DNA from: Chamaesiphon sp.
GTDB lineage: Bacteria > Cyanobacteriota > Cyanobacteriia > Cyanobacteriales > Chamaesiphonaceae
Assembly (NCBI GenBank): GCA_965246715.1
Contig: CBDFFH010000051.1
Span: forward strand, 128,001 to 192,000
DNA length: 64,000 bases
Reading direction: 5' to 3'
The notes under the pieces: generated by a model
What the model was told of the DNA's origin: nothing
The model's database searches: none
What the model saw: only the letters and a program-made list of their open reading frames with translations
Made by a program: the position numbers and the translations under genes
Shown here: piece after piece, positions 40,900 to 51,515 of the stretch
How positions within the stretch are numbered: the first letter of the stretch is position 1
How the letters are laid out: each line of letters opens with the position of its first letter

Positions 40900-42249
40900 A
40901 TGACACGATTTTCTCGTCGGCACTTCCTCGTAACCACAAGTATTTTAGCCACCGCGCCACTGCTCAAAAGTTGCTTGGGCAATCCACCCGCCCCAACATC
41001 GCAATCGGCGGGAACTAATCCCACCACTGCTCCCGTCAAATCGGTAGTCAAACCTGGAGAGGAACCAGAAGTAACAACGGCAAAAATCGGCTATCTGCCG
41101 ATCGTTGAAGCTGCACCGCTGATCGTGGCATTTACCAAAGGCTTCTTTGCCAAGCATGGGATGCCCGATCTCAAAATCGAGAAACAAGCCAACTGGGGTT
41201 CGGCACGAGACAATATCAAAATCGGCTCGGCTGGTGGCGGATTGGATGGCAGTCAGTGGCAGATGCCGATGCCTTATCTAATTTCCGAGGGGATTATTAC
41301 CGACAAAGCCAAGGTGCCGATGTATATCCTCTGCCAGCTAAATACCCAGGGTAATGCGATCGCCCTTGCATCCAAGCACAAAGGGAAGGATTTAGGTGTG
41401 AATCTAACTGGTAAAGGTGCCAGCTACTTTAAAGAGATTGCAGCTAGTGGCAAGAAATTCAAAGCGGCGTATACTTTCCCCAAAGCTAACCAGGAATTTT
41501 GGATTCGGTATTGGTTAGCCGCAGGTGGCATCAATCCAGAAACGGATGTGGATTTACTGACTGTACCGACTGCTCAAACTGTCGCCGATATGAAAAGAGG
41601 GGCGATGGATGCCTTTAGTACTGGCGATCCCTGGCCGAATCGGATTGTCTCTGAGGGATTTGGTTTCACTCCTGTCTTGACAGGCGAAATTTGGAAAGCA
41701 CATCCAGAGGAGTATTTGGGAATGCGAAAAGAGTGGGTAGACAGACACCCCCTCGCCACCCAAGCAATTCTCAAAGGGATTATGGAAGCGCAACAGTGGT
41801 GCGATAACTTTGACAACCGCAAGGAGTTAGCTACCATTCTGTCCGCACGGGAATACTTCGGGGTGCCAGAAGCCGTATTATTAGGGCCGTTGATGGGTAA
41901 ATACGATCTGGGCGAGCGCAAGGTTGATGATAAATCGCTAGCTGTGCTCTATTGGAAAGACTCAAGGGGAAGTGTTTCTTATCCCTACAAGAGCCATGAT
42001 TTATGGTTCCTGACTGAGAGCGTGCGCTGGGGCTTTTTACCCAAGGAGACGCTAGCTAATGCGAAAACACTAATCGATGGAGTCAATCGCGAGGATCTGT
42101 GGAAAAAGGCGGCTCAATCCCTGGGTGTCTCTGCGGCGGATATTCCGACGAGTACTTCGCGGGGGGTGGAAAAGTTCTTCGATGGAATCGAGTTCAATCC
42201 AGACAATCCGCAGGCTTATTTGGATAGTTTGAAGATTAAAAAAGTTTAA
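40900..42249 (+). CDS. cmpA: Bicarbonate ABC transporter substrate-binding lipoprotein
   Basis: SRRHFL signal + lipobox Cys, GYLPIVEAAPL, QWQMPMP, HPEEY, SYPYKSHDLWFLTES (CmpA rather than NrtA signatures). Confidence 0.88.
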   Translation: MTRFSRRHFLVTTSILATAPLLKSCLGNPPAPTSQSAGTNPTTAPVKSVVKPGEEPEVTTAKIGYLPIVEAAPLIVAFTKGFFAKHGMPDLKIEKQANWGSARDNIKIGSAGGGLDGSQWQMPMPYLISEGIITDKAKVPMYILCQLNTQGNAIALASKHKGKDLGVNLTGKGASYFKEIAASGKKFKAAYTFPKANQEFWIRYWLAAGGINPETDVDLLTVPTAQTVADMKRGAMDAFSTGDPWPNRIVSEGFGFTPVLTGEIWKAHPEEYLGMRKEWVDRHPLATQAILKGIMEAQQWCDNFDNRKELATILSAREYFGVPEAVLLGPLMGKYDLGERKVDDKSLAVLYWKDSRGSVSYPYKSHDLWFLTESVRWGFLPKETLANAKTLIDGVNREDLWKKAAQSLGVSAADIPTSTSRGVEKFFDGIEFNPDNPQAYLDSLKIKKV

Positions 42250-42255
42250 TCTGGA

Positions 42256-42440
42256 ACCCACCCCGCCATACGGGTACCCCTGTCTTTAAAAGGTGCTCTA
42301 CTTGCAGAGTTGGGTCGGATGGGTTCCCCGTTATTGATGCCCACGGCAATATCCGTGACCCATACCCAAGCAGGGGAAACCTCAAGATCTAATGGTCGGC
42401 TAGCCGACCAAATGCACTTTTCGCTCCGAGGAGGGGAATT
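42256..42440. repeat. Nested small dispersed repeats
   Basis: Outer ACCCACCCCGCC...GAGGAGGGGAATT repeat interrupted by an element matching the reverse complement of 46871-46920, which itself carries two further insertions. Confidence 0.7.
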
Positions 42441-42537
42441 TAGCCACCTGCGCTCTAAGGATGGCAGTTAAGAGTCTTAAGTCTTAGTCCCCTTTTTTAA
42501 GAAACCCAACACACTTAACAATTAAGGATAAAAAATC

Positions 42538-43389
42538 ATGGCAAATGTGAATAGACGATCGAGCATCAGCAAGCCAATTAAACCTGGTTTCAAACTCAGC
42601 AAGAAACACAAGGCTTTACTCGATGATATTTTGACTCCAGTAGTCACAATTCTGATTCTGTTAGTGGTTTGGGAAATTCTCTCGGCGATCGGTGGGAACA
42701 GGTTACCAGGACCAATTAAAGTAGTAACCGAAGCAAAAGATTTAATTTTCTACCCGTTCTTCAATCGTGGCGGTACGGATGTGGGACTAGGTTTGCAGGT
42801 GTGGGCTAGTTTGCAACGAGTCGCGATCGGGTATAGTATCGCCGCTGTGGTTGGGATTAGTTTAGGGATTATTATCGGTCTGAACGAGCGGGTGCGGAAG
42901 GGTTTAGATCCGGTCTTTAATATTTTGCGAACTGTACCACCTTTGGCTTGGGTCCCGATCGCGATCGCGGCTTTACAACAAAATCAACCTGCTGCATTAT
43001 TTGTCATCTTTATTACGGCAGTCTGGCCGATTTTAATTAATACTGCCGTCGGCGTGCGCCAGATTCCTCAAGACTATAACAATGTGGCTCAGGTGTTGCG
43101 GTTATCGAAACAGGAATACTTTTTCAAAATTCTGTTTCCCTCAGCATTACCTTACATTTTCACTGGCTTACGGATTGCGATCGGTCTAGCTTGGTTGGCG
43201 ATTATCGCGGCAGAAATCGTGATGACTGGGGTAACGGGGATTGGCTTCTTTATCTGGAATTCCTATCAAAATGGACAAGTGAGCGAGATTATTGTTGCTT
43301 TAATCTACATCGGTTTGGTGGGATGGGGTCTAGATAAATTAATGGTTTGGATTCAAGGCAGAATTCTTCCCTACAGCAAACCACAGTAA
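42538..43389 (+). CDS. cmpB: Bicarbonate ABC transporter permease
   Basis: SLQRVAIGY, LRTVPPLAWVPIA, ALPYIFTGLRIAIGLAWLAIIAAE; position in operon. Confidence 0.85.
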   Translation: MANVNRRSSISKPIKPGFKLSKKHKALLDDILTPVVTILILLVVWEILSAIGGNRLPGPIKVVTEAKDLIFYPFFNRGGTDVGLGLQVWASLQRVAIGYSIAAVVGISLGIIIGLNERVRKGLDPVFNILRTVPPLAWVPIAIAALQQNQPAALFVIFITAVWPILINTAVGVRQIPQDYNNVAQVLRLSKQEYFFKILFPSALPYIFTGLRIAIGLAWLAIIAAEIVMTGVTGIGFFIWNSYQNGQVSEIIVALIYIGLVGWGLDKLMVWIQGRILPYSKPQ

Positions 43390-43399
43390 GGATTAATAA

Positions 43400-43590
43400 A
43401 ATTCCCCTCCTCGGAGGGGTGGCGCGAAGCGACGGGGTGGGTCGCCAACTTGCGCTTAGTAATGCAATTCAGGATTAGTTAGTACTAGTCAAGATCTACC
43501 CACCTCGCCCTGTCGGGCACCCCTCTCTTGTCGGTTTTTTATTCGGAGGGAACCTCCGAATAAAACCGCCGCTCCTGGGAGGGGGATTTA
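43400..43590. repeat. Inverted pair of AATCCCCTCCT(G/C)GGAGGGGTG...GGGGTGGGT repeats
   Basis: Copy at ~43400-43443 and an opposite-orientation, interrupted copy at ~43497-43590. Confidence 0.6.
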
Positions 43591-43618
43591 AATCCTTATT
43601 GACCTCCATATAAAAATC

Positions 43619-45610
43619 ATGACTTTTGTAACTGTCGATAATCTCGAAAAGACTTTTCCCCTGCCCAACGGCGAAGAATATATCGCCCTCAAAGGGATCG
43701 ATTTGAGCATTCACAAAGGTGAATTTATCTCCCTGATCGGGCACTCTGGTTGTGGTAAATCTACGCTGCTGAATATGGTAGCGGGTTTAGACTTACCGAC
43801 CGAAGGACTAGTCATGCTCCAAGGCGAACAGATTTTACGTCCTGGACCCGATCGCATGGTAGTATTCCAAAACTATTCGCTCTTACCTTGGCTCACCGTG
43901 CGGCAAAATATCGCCCTGGCGGTCAATAGCGTGATGAGTGGTTTACCCGCCGCCGAACGATCGGCGATCGTCGAAGAACATATCGACATGGTGGGTTTGC
44001 GTCCTGCCGCTGATAAGAATCCCGAACAGCTTTCTGGGGGGATGCGGCAACGGGTGGCGATCGCGCGTGCCCTAGCTACCAAACCAAAATTGTTACTGCT
44101 GGATGAACCGTTTGGGGCGTTAGATGCGTTGACACGGGGCGGGTTACAGGAACAGTTGATGAAAATCTGCGATGAAAACCAGGTAACGGCGATTATGGTG
44201 ACCCATGATGTGGATGAGGCATTATTGCTCTCAGACCGGATCGTGATGCTCACCAATGGCCCCGAATCGAAAATCGGTCAAATTATGACCGTCGATATCG
44301 ATCGACCCCGCAAGCGGCTAGAAGCTGTCAATCATCCCCACTATTACAGCTATCGCAGCGAGATTATTTACTTCCTGAATCAACAGAAACAAATTAAAAA
44401 AATCCGCGCCCGCAAGCAAACTGTCGTCGCGCGGCATGGATTAGAGAAAGTCAATCTGGATATCGGTTTCGTCCCCTTAACTGCCTGTGCGCCGATCGCG
44501 ATCGCTAAAGAAAAAGGCTTCTTCACCCACCACGGTTTGGATGAAGTCAACCTCGTCCGCGAGTCGAGCTGGCGCGGCGTGCAAGATGGTATCGCCGACA
44601 AATATATGGATGCCGCGATGATGCCATCGGGGATGCCGATTTGGATGACCGTTGGTGGGATGAACGACAAGCCGATTTCAGTAGTGAGTGCCTTAACTAT
44701 CAGTCGGAATGGGAACGCGATTACGATCGATAAACGCTTTGCGGATAAAGGGATTCGCACCTTAGTCGATCTGAAACGGTTCTTGTTAGAATCTGGCGAT
44801 CGCAAACATATTTTTGGGGTGGTTCATCCAGCTTCCAGCCACAATCTGTTATTGCGTTACTGGTTGGCATCCGAGGGCATCGACCCCCAAAAAGATGTCG
44901 AGATCTTGACTTTACCACCCGCGCAAATGATTGCTGGACTTCAGAAAGGTAGTATCGACGGCTATTCGATCGGCGAACCCTGGGCAACTCGTGCCGCGAT
45001 CGATAACATCGGCTATGAAATTGCTACCGACTTAGAAATCTGGAACGGACATCCCGGCAAAGTGCTGGGCGTGCGGGAAGATTGGGCGTTAGCATATCCC
45101 AACACCCACATTGCTTTAGTCAAAGCCTTACTCGAAGCTTGTCAATTCTGCGCCGATCCAGCCCATCAGGATGAAGTGCGCGAAATTCTCGCTCGACCCG
45201 AATATCTGGCGATGGATCGCAATTATATCTACCTCAGCGATTCCCAGCAAGTGACCTGCGGCGTGACCAAAAGCCTCCGCGACATCTCTCACCCCCTGTT
45301 CTTCGGCGATGGAGTCAACCGTCCCAGCCGCACCGAACATCTCTGGCTCCTCACCCAATTGGCCCGCTGGGGCGATGTCCCCTTCCCCCGCAACTGGGTC
45401 GAAATCCTCGAACGGGTAGCCAAAGTCGGCGTATTCAGCACAGCAGCACGGGAATTGGGGCTATCAAATACCACCAGCTACAGTCGCGGCTCGATCGACC
45501 TCTTCGATGGCGTAAAATTTACCGCCGACGACCCGATCGACTATCTCAATCGCCTAGAGATCAAACACGATATTTACATGGCCGAAATCGATCTGTCGGG
45601 GAGAAGTTAA
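43619..45610 (+). CDS. cmpC: Bicarbonate ABC ATP-binding protein with C-terminal NrtA/CmpA-like regulatory domain
   Basis: GHSGCGKST, LSGGMRQR, then GLEKVNLDIGFVPLTACAP domain; 663 aa. Confidence 0.88.
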   Translation: MTFVTVDNLEKTFPLPNGEEYIALKGIDLSIHKGEFISLIGHSGCGKSTLLNMVAGLDLPTEGLVMLQGEQILRPGPDRMVVFQNYSLLPWLTVRQNIALAVNSVMSGLPAAERSAIVEEHIDMVGLRPAADKNPEQLSGGMRQRVAIARALATKPKLLLLDEPFGALDALTRGGLQEQLMKICDENQVTAIMVTHDVDEALLLSDRIVMLTNGPESKIGQIMTVDIDRPRKRLEAVNHPHYYSYRSEIIYFLNQQKQIKKIRARKQTVVARHGLEKVNLDIGFVPLTACAPIAIAKEKGFFTHHGLDEVNLVRESSWRGVQDGIADKYMDAAMMPSGMPIWMTVGGMNDKPISVVSALTISRNGNAITIDKRFADKGIRTLVDLKRFLLESGDRKHIFGVVHPASSHNLLLRYWLASEGIDPQKDVEILTLPPAQMIAGLQKGSIDGYSIGEPWATRAAIDNIGYEIATDLEIWNGHPGKVLGVREDWALAYPNTHIALVKALLEACQFCADPAHQDEVREILARPEYLAMDRNYIYLSDSQQVTCGVTKSLRDISHPLFFGDGVNRPSRTEHLWLLTQLARWGDVPFPRNWVEILERVAKVGVFSTAARELGLSNTTSYSRGSIDLFDGVKFTADDPIDYLNRLEIKHDIYMAEIDLSGRS

Positions 45611-45894
45611 TTGAGAAATCTTCCATTCACAGATGGACATTCTCTAGCTTCGTTGCTAGATCTGAATCCCCCTGTCTTGTCTCCCTAATCCGTCGGGGAA
45701 CCTGACGAACGGGAGCCGCTAAATCCCCCTTAAAAAGTAAAAAGGGGGGACTAAGAGCACAATGAAATCTTTAGCTCCCTTTAATAAGGGGATTGGGCGA
45801 ATTTTCTAGACTTTCCAACCCTCCCCACAACCCACAGATCGATGACTGAACGCACTAAGGCGAAGCGCGCCCCGAATCCAACAGAGCGACCTTG

Positions 45895-45980
45895 TGCAGA
45901 GGAGTTTGAGGAGCGGCACCCCGCTCCTCAACGGGGGGTCTGGGGGTCGGCACCCCCAGATCCGGGTTCTCCCCACCAGC
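45895..45980. repeat. GC-rich dispersed repeat shared with the MITE interior at ~4120-4200
   Basis: ggagtttgagg.gcggca.cccgctcctcaacggggggtctgggggtcgg.acccccagatc at both loci. Confidence 0.75.
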
Positions 45981-46017
45981 AACCTAAAACTAAGCACCAA
46001 TCCACAACTTAAAAACT

Positions 46018-46812
46018 ATGACAACCACAGACTTCCTCGTCCTCGATCGAGCATCCAAAGTTTACCCCACCCCCACCGGTGAATACATCGTATTAGATAA
46101 AGTCAACCTCACCGTCCAAAAAGGTGAATTCATCTGCATCATCGGACATTCCGGCTGCGGCAAATCCACCCTCCTGAATATGGTTAGCGGCTTCTCCCAA
46201 CCCTCCTCCGGCACAGTCACCCTCAACGGCAAACCCATCGGCAAACCCGGACCAGATCGCATGGTCGTCTTCCAAGGCTATGCCCTCCTCCCCTGGCTCA
46301 CTGCCTACGAAAACATCTACCTCGCCGTCAACTCCGTCAACCCCGACATGGCCAAAAACGAGAAAGAAGACATCGTGCGATCGCACCTGGCAATGGTCGG
46401 ACTTACCGAAGCCGCCGATAAACTCCCAGGCCAGATTTCCGGCGGGATGAAACAACGAGTCGCGATCGCCAGAGCCTTATCGATTCGCCCCGAAGTCCTA
46501 ATTCTCGACGAGCCATTCGGCGCGCTCGATGCGATTACCAAAGAAGAATTGCAAGAAGAACTACTCAAAATCTGGAATCAAAATCGTTGTACGGTATTGA
46601 TGATCACCCATGATATCGACGAAGCCCTATTCCTAGCCGATAAGTTGGTAATGATGACCAATGGCCCAGCAGCAAATATCGGCGAAGTATTAACTATTCC
46701 CTTCAGCCGTCCACGCGATCGATCCAGAATGATGGAAATGCCCGAATACTATCAAGTCCGTAACTATGCCCTAGATTTTCTCTACAACCGCTACGCTCAC
46801 GATGATGAGTAG
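46018..46812 (+). CDS. cmpD: Bicarbonate ABC ATP-binding protein
   Basis: GHSGCGKST, ISGGMKQR, LDEPFGALDAITKEELQ. Confidence 0.88.
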   Translation: MTTTDFLVLDRASKVYPTPTGEYIVLDKVNLTVQKGEFICIIGHSGCGKSTLLNMVSGFSQPSSGTVTLNGKPIGKPGPDRMVVFQGYALLPWLTAYENIYLAVNSVNPDMAKNEKEDIVRSHLAMVGLTEAADKLPGQISGGMKQRVAIARALSIRPEVLILDEPFGALDAITKEELQEELLKIWNQNRCTVLMITHDIDEALFLADKLVMMTNGPAANIGEVLTIPFSRPRDRSRMMEMPEYYQVRNYALDFLYNRYAHDDE

Positions 46813-46853
46813 GCTTTAGGGGATAAGGGATAGGGAATTAGCGATCGACTAAA

Positions 46854-46947
46854 AAATCCCCTCCTGGGAGCGAAAAGTGCGATCTTGGGGTTTCCCCAAG
46901 TAGAGCACCTTTTTAAGACAGGGGTGCCCGATAGGGCAGGGTGGGTA
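46854..46947. repeat. Dispersed repeat with inserted 50-bp element
   Basis: aaatcccctcctgggag [cgaaaagtgc...ttaagaca] ggggtgcccgatagggcagggtgggta. Confidence 0.65.
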
Positions 46948-47141
46948 CGGATCTACGCTTACGACAATCGATCGAGACGCTCCTGTGGCTATTCCCAGTC
47001 CAGAGGTGCATCTGCCAAAAATAGTTATACAAACCAACCGATTTACATTAAATTACCTGCAAAGTTATTTTCTAGAGTAGCTCGCAAGCAACGGCAGATT
47101 CCCCGCCCCAATCCGAAAACTGGAGTCGTGCGACACAAACT

Positions 47142-47300
47142 GGCAATACGATCGTCGCGACGGACACACCTACGCGAATTTTGGCATTACCTGTAGATAT
47201 GTTTGATGATATGTTCGATCGCGATCCGGGTTTTATCCGACGGCTCTTAGAATTAGAGAGCCGCCATCTCCAGCAATTAGTTCGATCGCCAAACTATTAG
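47142..47300 (+). pseudogene. Possible remnant of a cyclic-nucleotide-binding C-terminal domain
   Basis: GNTIVATDTPTRILALPVDMFDDMFDRDPGFIRRLLELESRHLQQL* resembles cNMP-domain C-termini; no intact upstream ORF. Confidence 0.45.
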
Positions 47301-47340
47301 CCCCAATAACTAACAATTTAAAGTATTTCAGGCTGAGTAT

Positions 47341-48087
47341 TTAAGCTTTTAGCGATTTTCCAAATCGATTGTTTACCTCAATCCAATTAATCGTATTCCA
47401 CCAAGCTGATAAATATTCGGGGCGACGATTTTGGTATTTGAGATAATAGGCATGTTCCCAGATATCGTTACCCATAATCGGATATATACCCTGAGAAATC
47501 GGACTATCTTGATTGGGAGTAGTAATAATTTTGAGATTACCGCGATCGCGCACCAACCACACCCAGCCACTACCAAATTGCTTGGTACCAGCCTCATTAA
47601 ATTGAGTTTTAAACTTATCGAAACTCCCATATTGCTTTTGAATTGCCGTAGCAATCGGGCCAGTTGGCATACCGCCAGCTTTAGGCCCCATGATCTGCCA
47701 GAACATGGTGTGATTGTAATGCCCGCCACCGTTATTTCTAACAGTAGTTTGAATATCTTTGGGTAATTTGCTCAGGTTTTGGAGCAGTTGTTCGACGGAT
47801 TGAGTTTTAAGTTCTGGGTATTTATTTACCGCATCATTCAGGTTCTTGACGTAAGCAGCATGATGTTTATCATGATGAAACTTCATCGTCGTCGCATCGA
47901 TGTGCGGTTCTAATGCATTGTAATCGTAAGTCAAAGGTGGCAACTTAAATATATCCGTCGTCGCTGCAACATTTTGGGCGGTCGTAGTTGCGGGCGTGTC
48001 AGCCCAACTTGAGTTGTTTACACCGCTAAAGAAGGCGACAGTACTACCCGCACCGAGTAAATAGAGAAAATTACGTCTGGTAGTCAT
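47341..48087 (-). CDS. sodA: Mn-type superoxide dismutase with twin-arginine signal
   Basis: TRRNFL Tat motif; [34 protein letters not shown]. Confidence 0.88.
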   Translation of the reverse strand: MTTRRNFLYLLGAGSTVAFFSGVNNSSWADTPATTTAQNVAATTDIFKLPPLTYDYNALEPHIDATTMKFHHDKHHAAYVKNLNDAVNKYPELKTQSVEQLLQNLSKLPKDIQTTVRNNGGGHYNHTMFWQIMGPKAGGMPTGPIATAIQKQYGSFDKFKTQFNEAGTKQFGSGWVWLVRDRGNLKIITTPNQDSPISQGIYPIMGNDIWEHAYYLKYQNRRPEYLSAWWNTINWIEVNNRFGKSLKA

Positions 48088-48149
48088 AGATCGATCGCTA
48101 GAGAATATACTACTAGTCTGACATATCCATACGTGATATGACTTGTGTG

Positions 48150-49229
48150 CTAATCGTTTAGCATTTCACAGATCGCCCGTGCTGTTGCCGGTGCGAGCAA
48201 GATGCCATTGCGATAATGTCCGGTAGCGACTAGTACTCGTCCATTATCGCCAACTCGCTCGATGACAGGTGCCGGACGTTCGTGCGGACGCGGGCGCAAA
48301 CCCGTCCAGGTGCGGATAATTTCGCCATTGGCTAACTCGGGACAAAGATCGAGCGCTACTTGTTTCAAGCGTGCTAAGCAGTCTGCCTGTGCCACGACTG
48401 TACCATCAAGCGGAAATTCAACAGTTGCCCCCACCCAATATTCATTCCCACCACAGGGGACGATATTGACATCTGCATGAGTTATGACTGGTTGAAAATC
48501 TGGCTCCCCTAATGGCTCAGCAAGGCGGATCTGAATGGCTTGTCCCAGTACGGGATCGATTTGAATGGGTGCTAACGGTGCGAGTAATTTCGTTGCACCC
48601 AAACCAGCCGTAACAATTACCCAGTTGCTGGTTAAAGTCGGTAGATCGGGGGCAAATAGATTGCAGCAACCTCCACTAGCTGCGGTAATAGACTCGATCG
48701 ATCGCTCGAACTGAAACTCCACCCCATTTGACTTTGCCGCAGCTATTAAGGCAGTTGTGAGGGCAACTGGATCGACCTGTAAATCCTGGGGTGAGTAGAC
48801 TGCTGTACCTGCAAATTGTGGATTGACTTGCGGCAATCGTTCGTGAATTTGGGCTGATTCCCATAATTCTAATTGCCACTGTTGTTGCTGGCGGGTAATG
48901 GCTAATTGCTGCCATTTACTAAGATCGTCTTCAGGTGCTAGGAGTTTGACAATTCCTTGAGTATTGTGCGGAATATTTAGCCCAGTTAACTGCTTCAGTT
49001 CGGGAATCGTATTGCGATAATAACGAATGCTATCGTCACGCCAATTCCAAGCACGTCCTTTGGCTTTTTGACTGATTATACCCATCAATACACCTAGTGC
49101 GGCTCCAGTCGCAGCTTGCGCTGGCTGGGCAGCATCATAGACAACGATCTCGAATTTACCTAGCCGACTAAGTTCGTAAGCGATCGTTGCCCCAATAATA
49201 CCGCACCCAATAATTGTTATCTTTTCCAT
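48150..49229 (-). CDS. FAD-dependent oxidoreductase (DAO/glycine oxidase-like)
   Basis: [35 protein letters not shown]. Confidence 0.88.
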   Translation of the reverse strand: MEKITIIGCGIIGATIAYELSRLGKFEIVVYDAAQPAQAATGAALGVLMGIISQKAKGRAWNWRDDSIRYYRNTIPELKQLTGLNIPHNTQGIVKLLAPEDDLSKWQQLAITRQQQQWQLELWESAQIHERLPQVNPQFAGTAVYSPQDLQVDPVALTTALIAAAKSNGVEFQFERSIESITAASGGCCNLFAPDLPTLTSNWVIVTAGLGATKLLAPLAPIQIDPVLGQAIQIRLAEPLGEPDFQPVITHADVNIVPCGGNEYWVGATVEFPLDGTVVAQADCLARLKQVALDLCPELANGEIIRTWTGLRPRPHERPAPVIERVGDNGRVLVATGHYRNGILLAPATARAICEMLND

Positions 49230-49322
49230 AAATTAAAAGGGAGCGGTCGCCAGCGTACCGCTCCCCTACCATCCATAATATTAGTAACCGATCGTCAAAT
49301 GATTTTTACTAGCCACTAGTCA

Positions 49323-49772
49323 CTAACCTTGCGGGATCAGATCGGAAAAGGTTGAAAAATCTTTGAGAGCTTCGCCATAATTACGAATTGCTACCTTATA
49401 GTCCTGATTGCCAGCAGCTTCATCGATCTTGTTCAGATGAACGAAAATTTCTTTGCTGACCGATAAGGCTTTCTCTTTGCTTCCGGGTAATAACTCTCTG
49501 GACAAACCAGCCATGCGGGTTCTGATATCACCCAGCGGGCCGTGAATAAAGGATTTGACATTATTCCAGTCGCGACCTTCGATGTAGTTAGCCAATTCTG
49601 GGAGTCGATCGCGTAAAGCGGTAAGATTCTTATTTGTGACTTGGATTTGAGCGATTTGCTCGGGACTGTAAGTTGGGGCCTTTGCTTGGGAACCATCGCC
49701 ACAGCTAACAATAAATACGGAAACGAACACGAGCAGAATCGAGATTAGTGGACGAAACAAAGACATAATCAT
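49323..49772 (-). CDS. psbQ: Photosystem II lipoprotein CyanoQ
   Basis: Lipobox VSC, PTYSPEQI, W..VKSFIHGPLG. Confidence 0.9.
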   Translation of the reverse strand: MIMSLFRPLISILLVFVSVFIVSCGDGSQAKAPTYSPEQIAQIQVTNKNLTALRDRLPELANYIEGRDWNNVKSFIHGPLGDIRTRMAGLSRELLPGSKEKALSVSKEIFVHLNKIDEAAGNQDYKVAIRNYGEALKDFSTFSDLIPQG

Positions 49773-49920
49773 CGGTTTATTAAGTAAGGGATTAATTAAA
49801 TTAATCTGTCATACTCTCAGGATACTAGACTTTTCTGATACCATGCAATCGATTCGAGCACACAGTTGGAGATTATAATTAAGCTGGCAAGCTAATTGTG
49901 CGAGGCGATCGATCTAGTTT

Positions 49921-50184
49921 ATGTTCAGAGTGGTGATGAAAGATTACGATCGCGAGTTCGAGCGCTGGACGGATGCACTCGATGCGGGCAATTTGCTTAA
50001 GCCTAAGTGTAAGAGTCTGTTGCAGGATATTCGGATCTTTGAGAATAGCGAGCTAATCTGGATTTACAGTCGATCGCATACCTATCCGCAATATATCGGT
50101 GCGGGTGTCTACGATCGATTGGCACGGCAATTCCTACTCGAAAATGCCCCGATGGTGGAAGTTGCAGGGGAAGATGACGAGTAA
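49921..50184 (+). CDS. Conserved hypothetical cyanobacterial protein
   Basis: 87-aa ATG ORF; QDIRIFE...LIWIYSRSHTYPQYIGAG; overlaps the ureD start. Confidence 0.65.
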   Translation: MFRVVMKDYDREFERWTDALDAGNLLKPKCKSLLQDIRIFENSELIWIYSRSHTYPQYIGAGVYDRLARQFLLENAPMVEVAGEDDE

Positions 50185-51010
50185 TCCTACTGCGTTTCCT
50201 GGTTGGCAAGGACAGTTACAATTAACCTATCGTTACGATCGGGGCAAAACCCAAGCGATCCAACATCAGGGCGTTGCTCCGCTAAAGGTGCAGCGATCGT
50301 TTTACCCTGAAGGGGAGGCGATTTGTCATAATGTCATTCTGCATACTGCGGGTGGGATCGTTGGGGGCGATCGACTTCAGCTCGATATCGAGCTACAACC
50401 TGCTTCCCGTGCCGTGATTACCACTGCCGCAGCTGGTAAGATCTATGGCAGCAATGGTCAGCGGGCCACCCAAACCATCGTCCAAAATATTGCCGCTGAT
50501 GCCAGTCTCGAATGGTTGCCCCAAGAGACAATTATTTTCAATGGGGCGAGCTTTCACCAACATTTACAGGTAAATTTGGGCACCACAGCAACTTGGCTGG
50601 GTTGGGAAATCAATCGGTTTGGGAGAACCGCTAGTGGTGAAAAATTTACCAGCGGTGAGTGGAAATCCGCAACAGAAGTGTATCGAGCTGGCAAACCAGT
50701 CTGGATCGATCGACAGTGGCTCCGTGGTGATGAAATGGTCGATAGTCCTCATAGTTTGGCAGGATATCCGATCGTCGGTAATTTAGCATGGATCGATCGC
50801 GCCGTTAGTAAGGAACTAATTGCCGAAATTCGATCGCTCTTTGATGGCGAACCCAGTAAAATAGGAGTCACCCGTCTGAGCGCAGGATTACTATGTCGCT
50901 ATCGAGGGAATTCTACCAGCGAGGTACGCCGCTGGTTTACAGCAGTCTGGCACCTGCTCCGCCAGTCATTTCTCGATAGTAAGCCGATTGCCCTGAGGGT
51001 TTGGCAGTAG
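50174..51010 (+). CDS. ureD: Urease accessory protein UreD
   Basis: [48 protein letters not shown]; start set at ATG 50174. Confidence 0.92.
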   Translation: MTSNPTAFPGWQGQLQLTYRYDRGKTQAIQHQGVAPLKVQRSFYPEGEAICHNVILHTAGGIVGGDRLQLDIELQPASRAVITTAAAGKIYGSNGQRATQTIVQNIAADASLEWLPQETIIFNGASFHQHLQVNLGTTATWLGWEINRFGRTASGEKFTSGEWKSATEVYRAGKPVWIDRQWLRGDEMVDSPHSLAGYPIVGNLAWIDRAVSKELIAEIRSLFDGEPSKIGVTRLSAGLLCRYRGNSTSEVRRWFTAVWHLLRQSFLDSKPIALRVWQ

Positions 51011-51132
51011 GATTTTGGATTATTCGGATTTTGCGGCTCGCGCCCGTCGGGTTTCCCGACGCGAAAAGCTATAGTCGGTGCACCGACTATGAGACAAGAC
51101 AGAATTTTGGATTGAAACTTTATTTATCCTAT

Positions 51133-51183
51133 CACACGCCCCACACGCCACACTCGCCCACACTCCCCAACACTCCCACACTC
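51133..51183 (+). repeat. Short tandem repeats (CCACACTC-like, STRR-type)
   Basis: cacacgccccacacgccacactcgcccacactccccaacactcccacactc immediately before ureA. Confidence 0.65.
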
Positions 51184-51486
51184 ATGCAACTCTCACCTCA
51201 AGAAAAAGATAAACTCCTAATTTTCACCGCCGCGCTAGTTGCCGAACGTCGGAAAAATAGGGGATTGAAACTCAATTATCCTGAAGCGATCGCCTATATT
51301 TCGGCAGCAATTTTGGAAGGTGCTAGGGATGGTCAAACCGTCGCCGAATTGATGAATTATGGTAAAACTCTACTGACGCAAGCAGATGTCATGGAAGGGA
51401 TTCCTAGCATGATTCATGAAGTCCAGGTCGAAGCGACATTTCCTGATGGCACCAAGTTAGTTACGGTTCACGATCCGATTTTATAA
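51184..51486 (+). CDS. ureA: Urease gamma subunit
   Basis: [11 protein letters not shown]...LKLNYPEA...[18 protein letters not shown], 100 aa from ATG 51184. Confidence 0.96.
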   Translation: MQLSPQEKDKLLIFTAALVAERRKNRGLKLNYPEAIAYISAAILEGARDGQTVAELMNYGKTLLTQADVMEGIPSMIHEVQVEATFPDGTKLVTVHDPIL

Positions 51487-51515
51487 AATTGCGATCGATT
51501 CTATAAGTCATCACC

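Noticed and set aside
40900..46812. Nitrate transporter nrtABCD
   Set aside because: The binding protein has CmpA signatures, a CmpR-type LysR gene is divergent, and no nirA/narB is adjacent
51001..51183. 61-aa N-terminal extension of UreA, and the similar extension of UreD from 50099
   Set aside because: Read-through of intergenic tandem repeats or the upstream gene; canonical starts are 51184 and 50174
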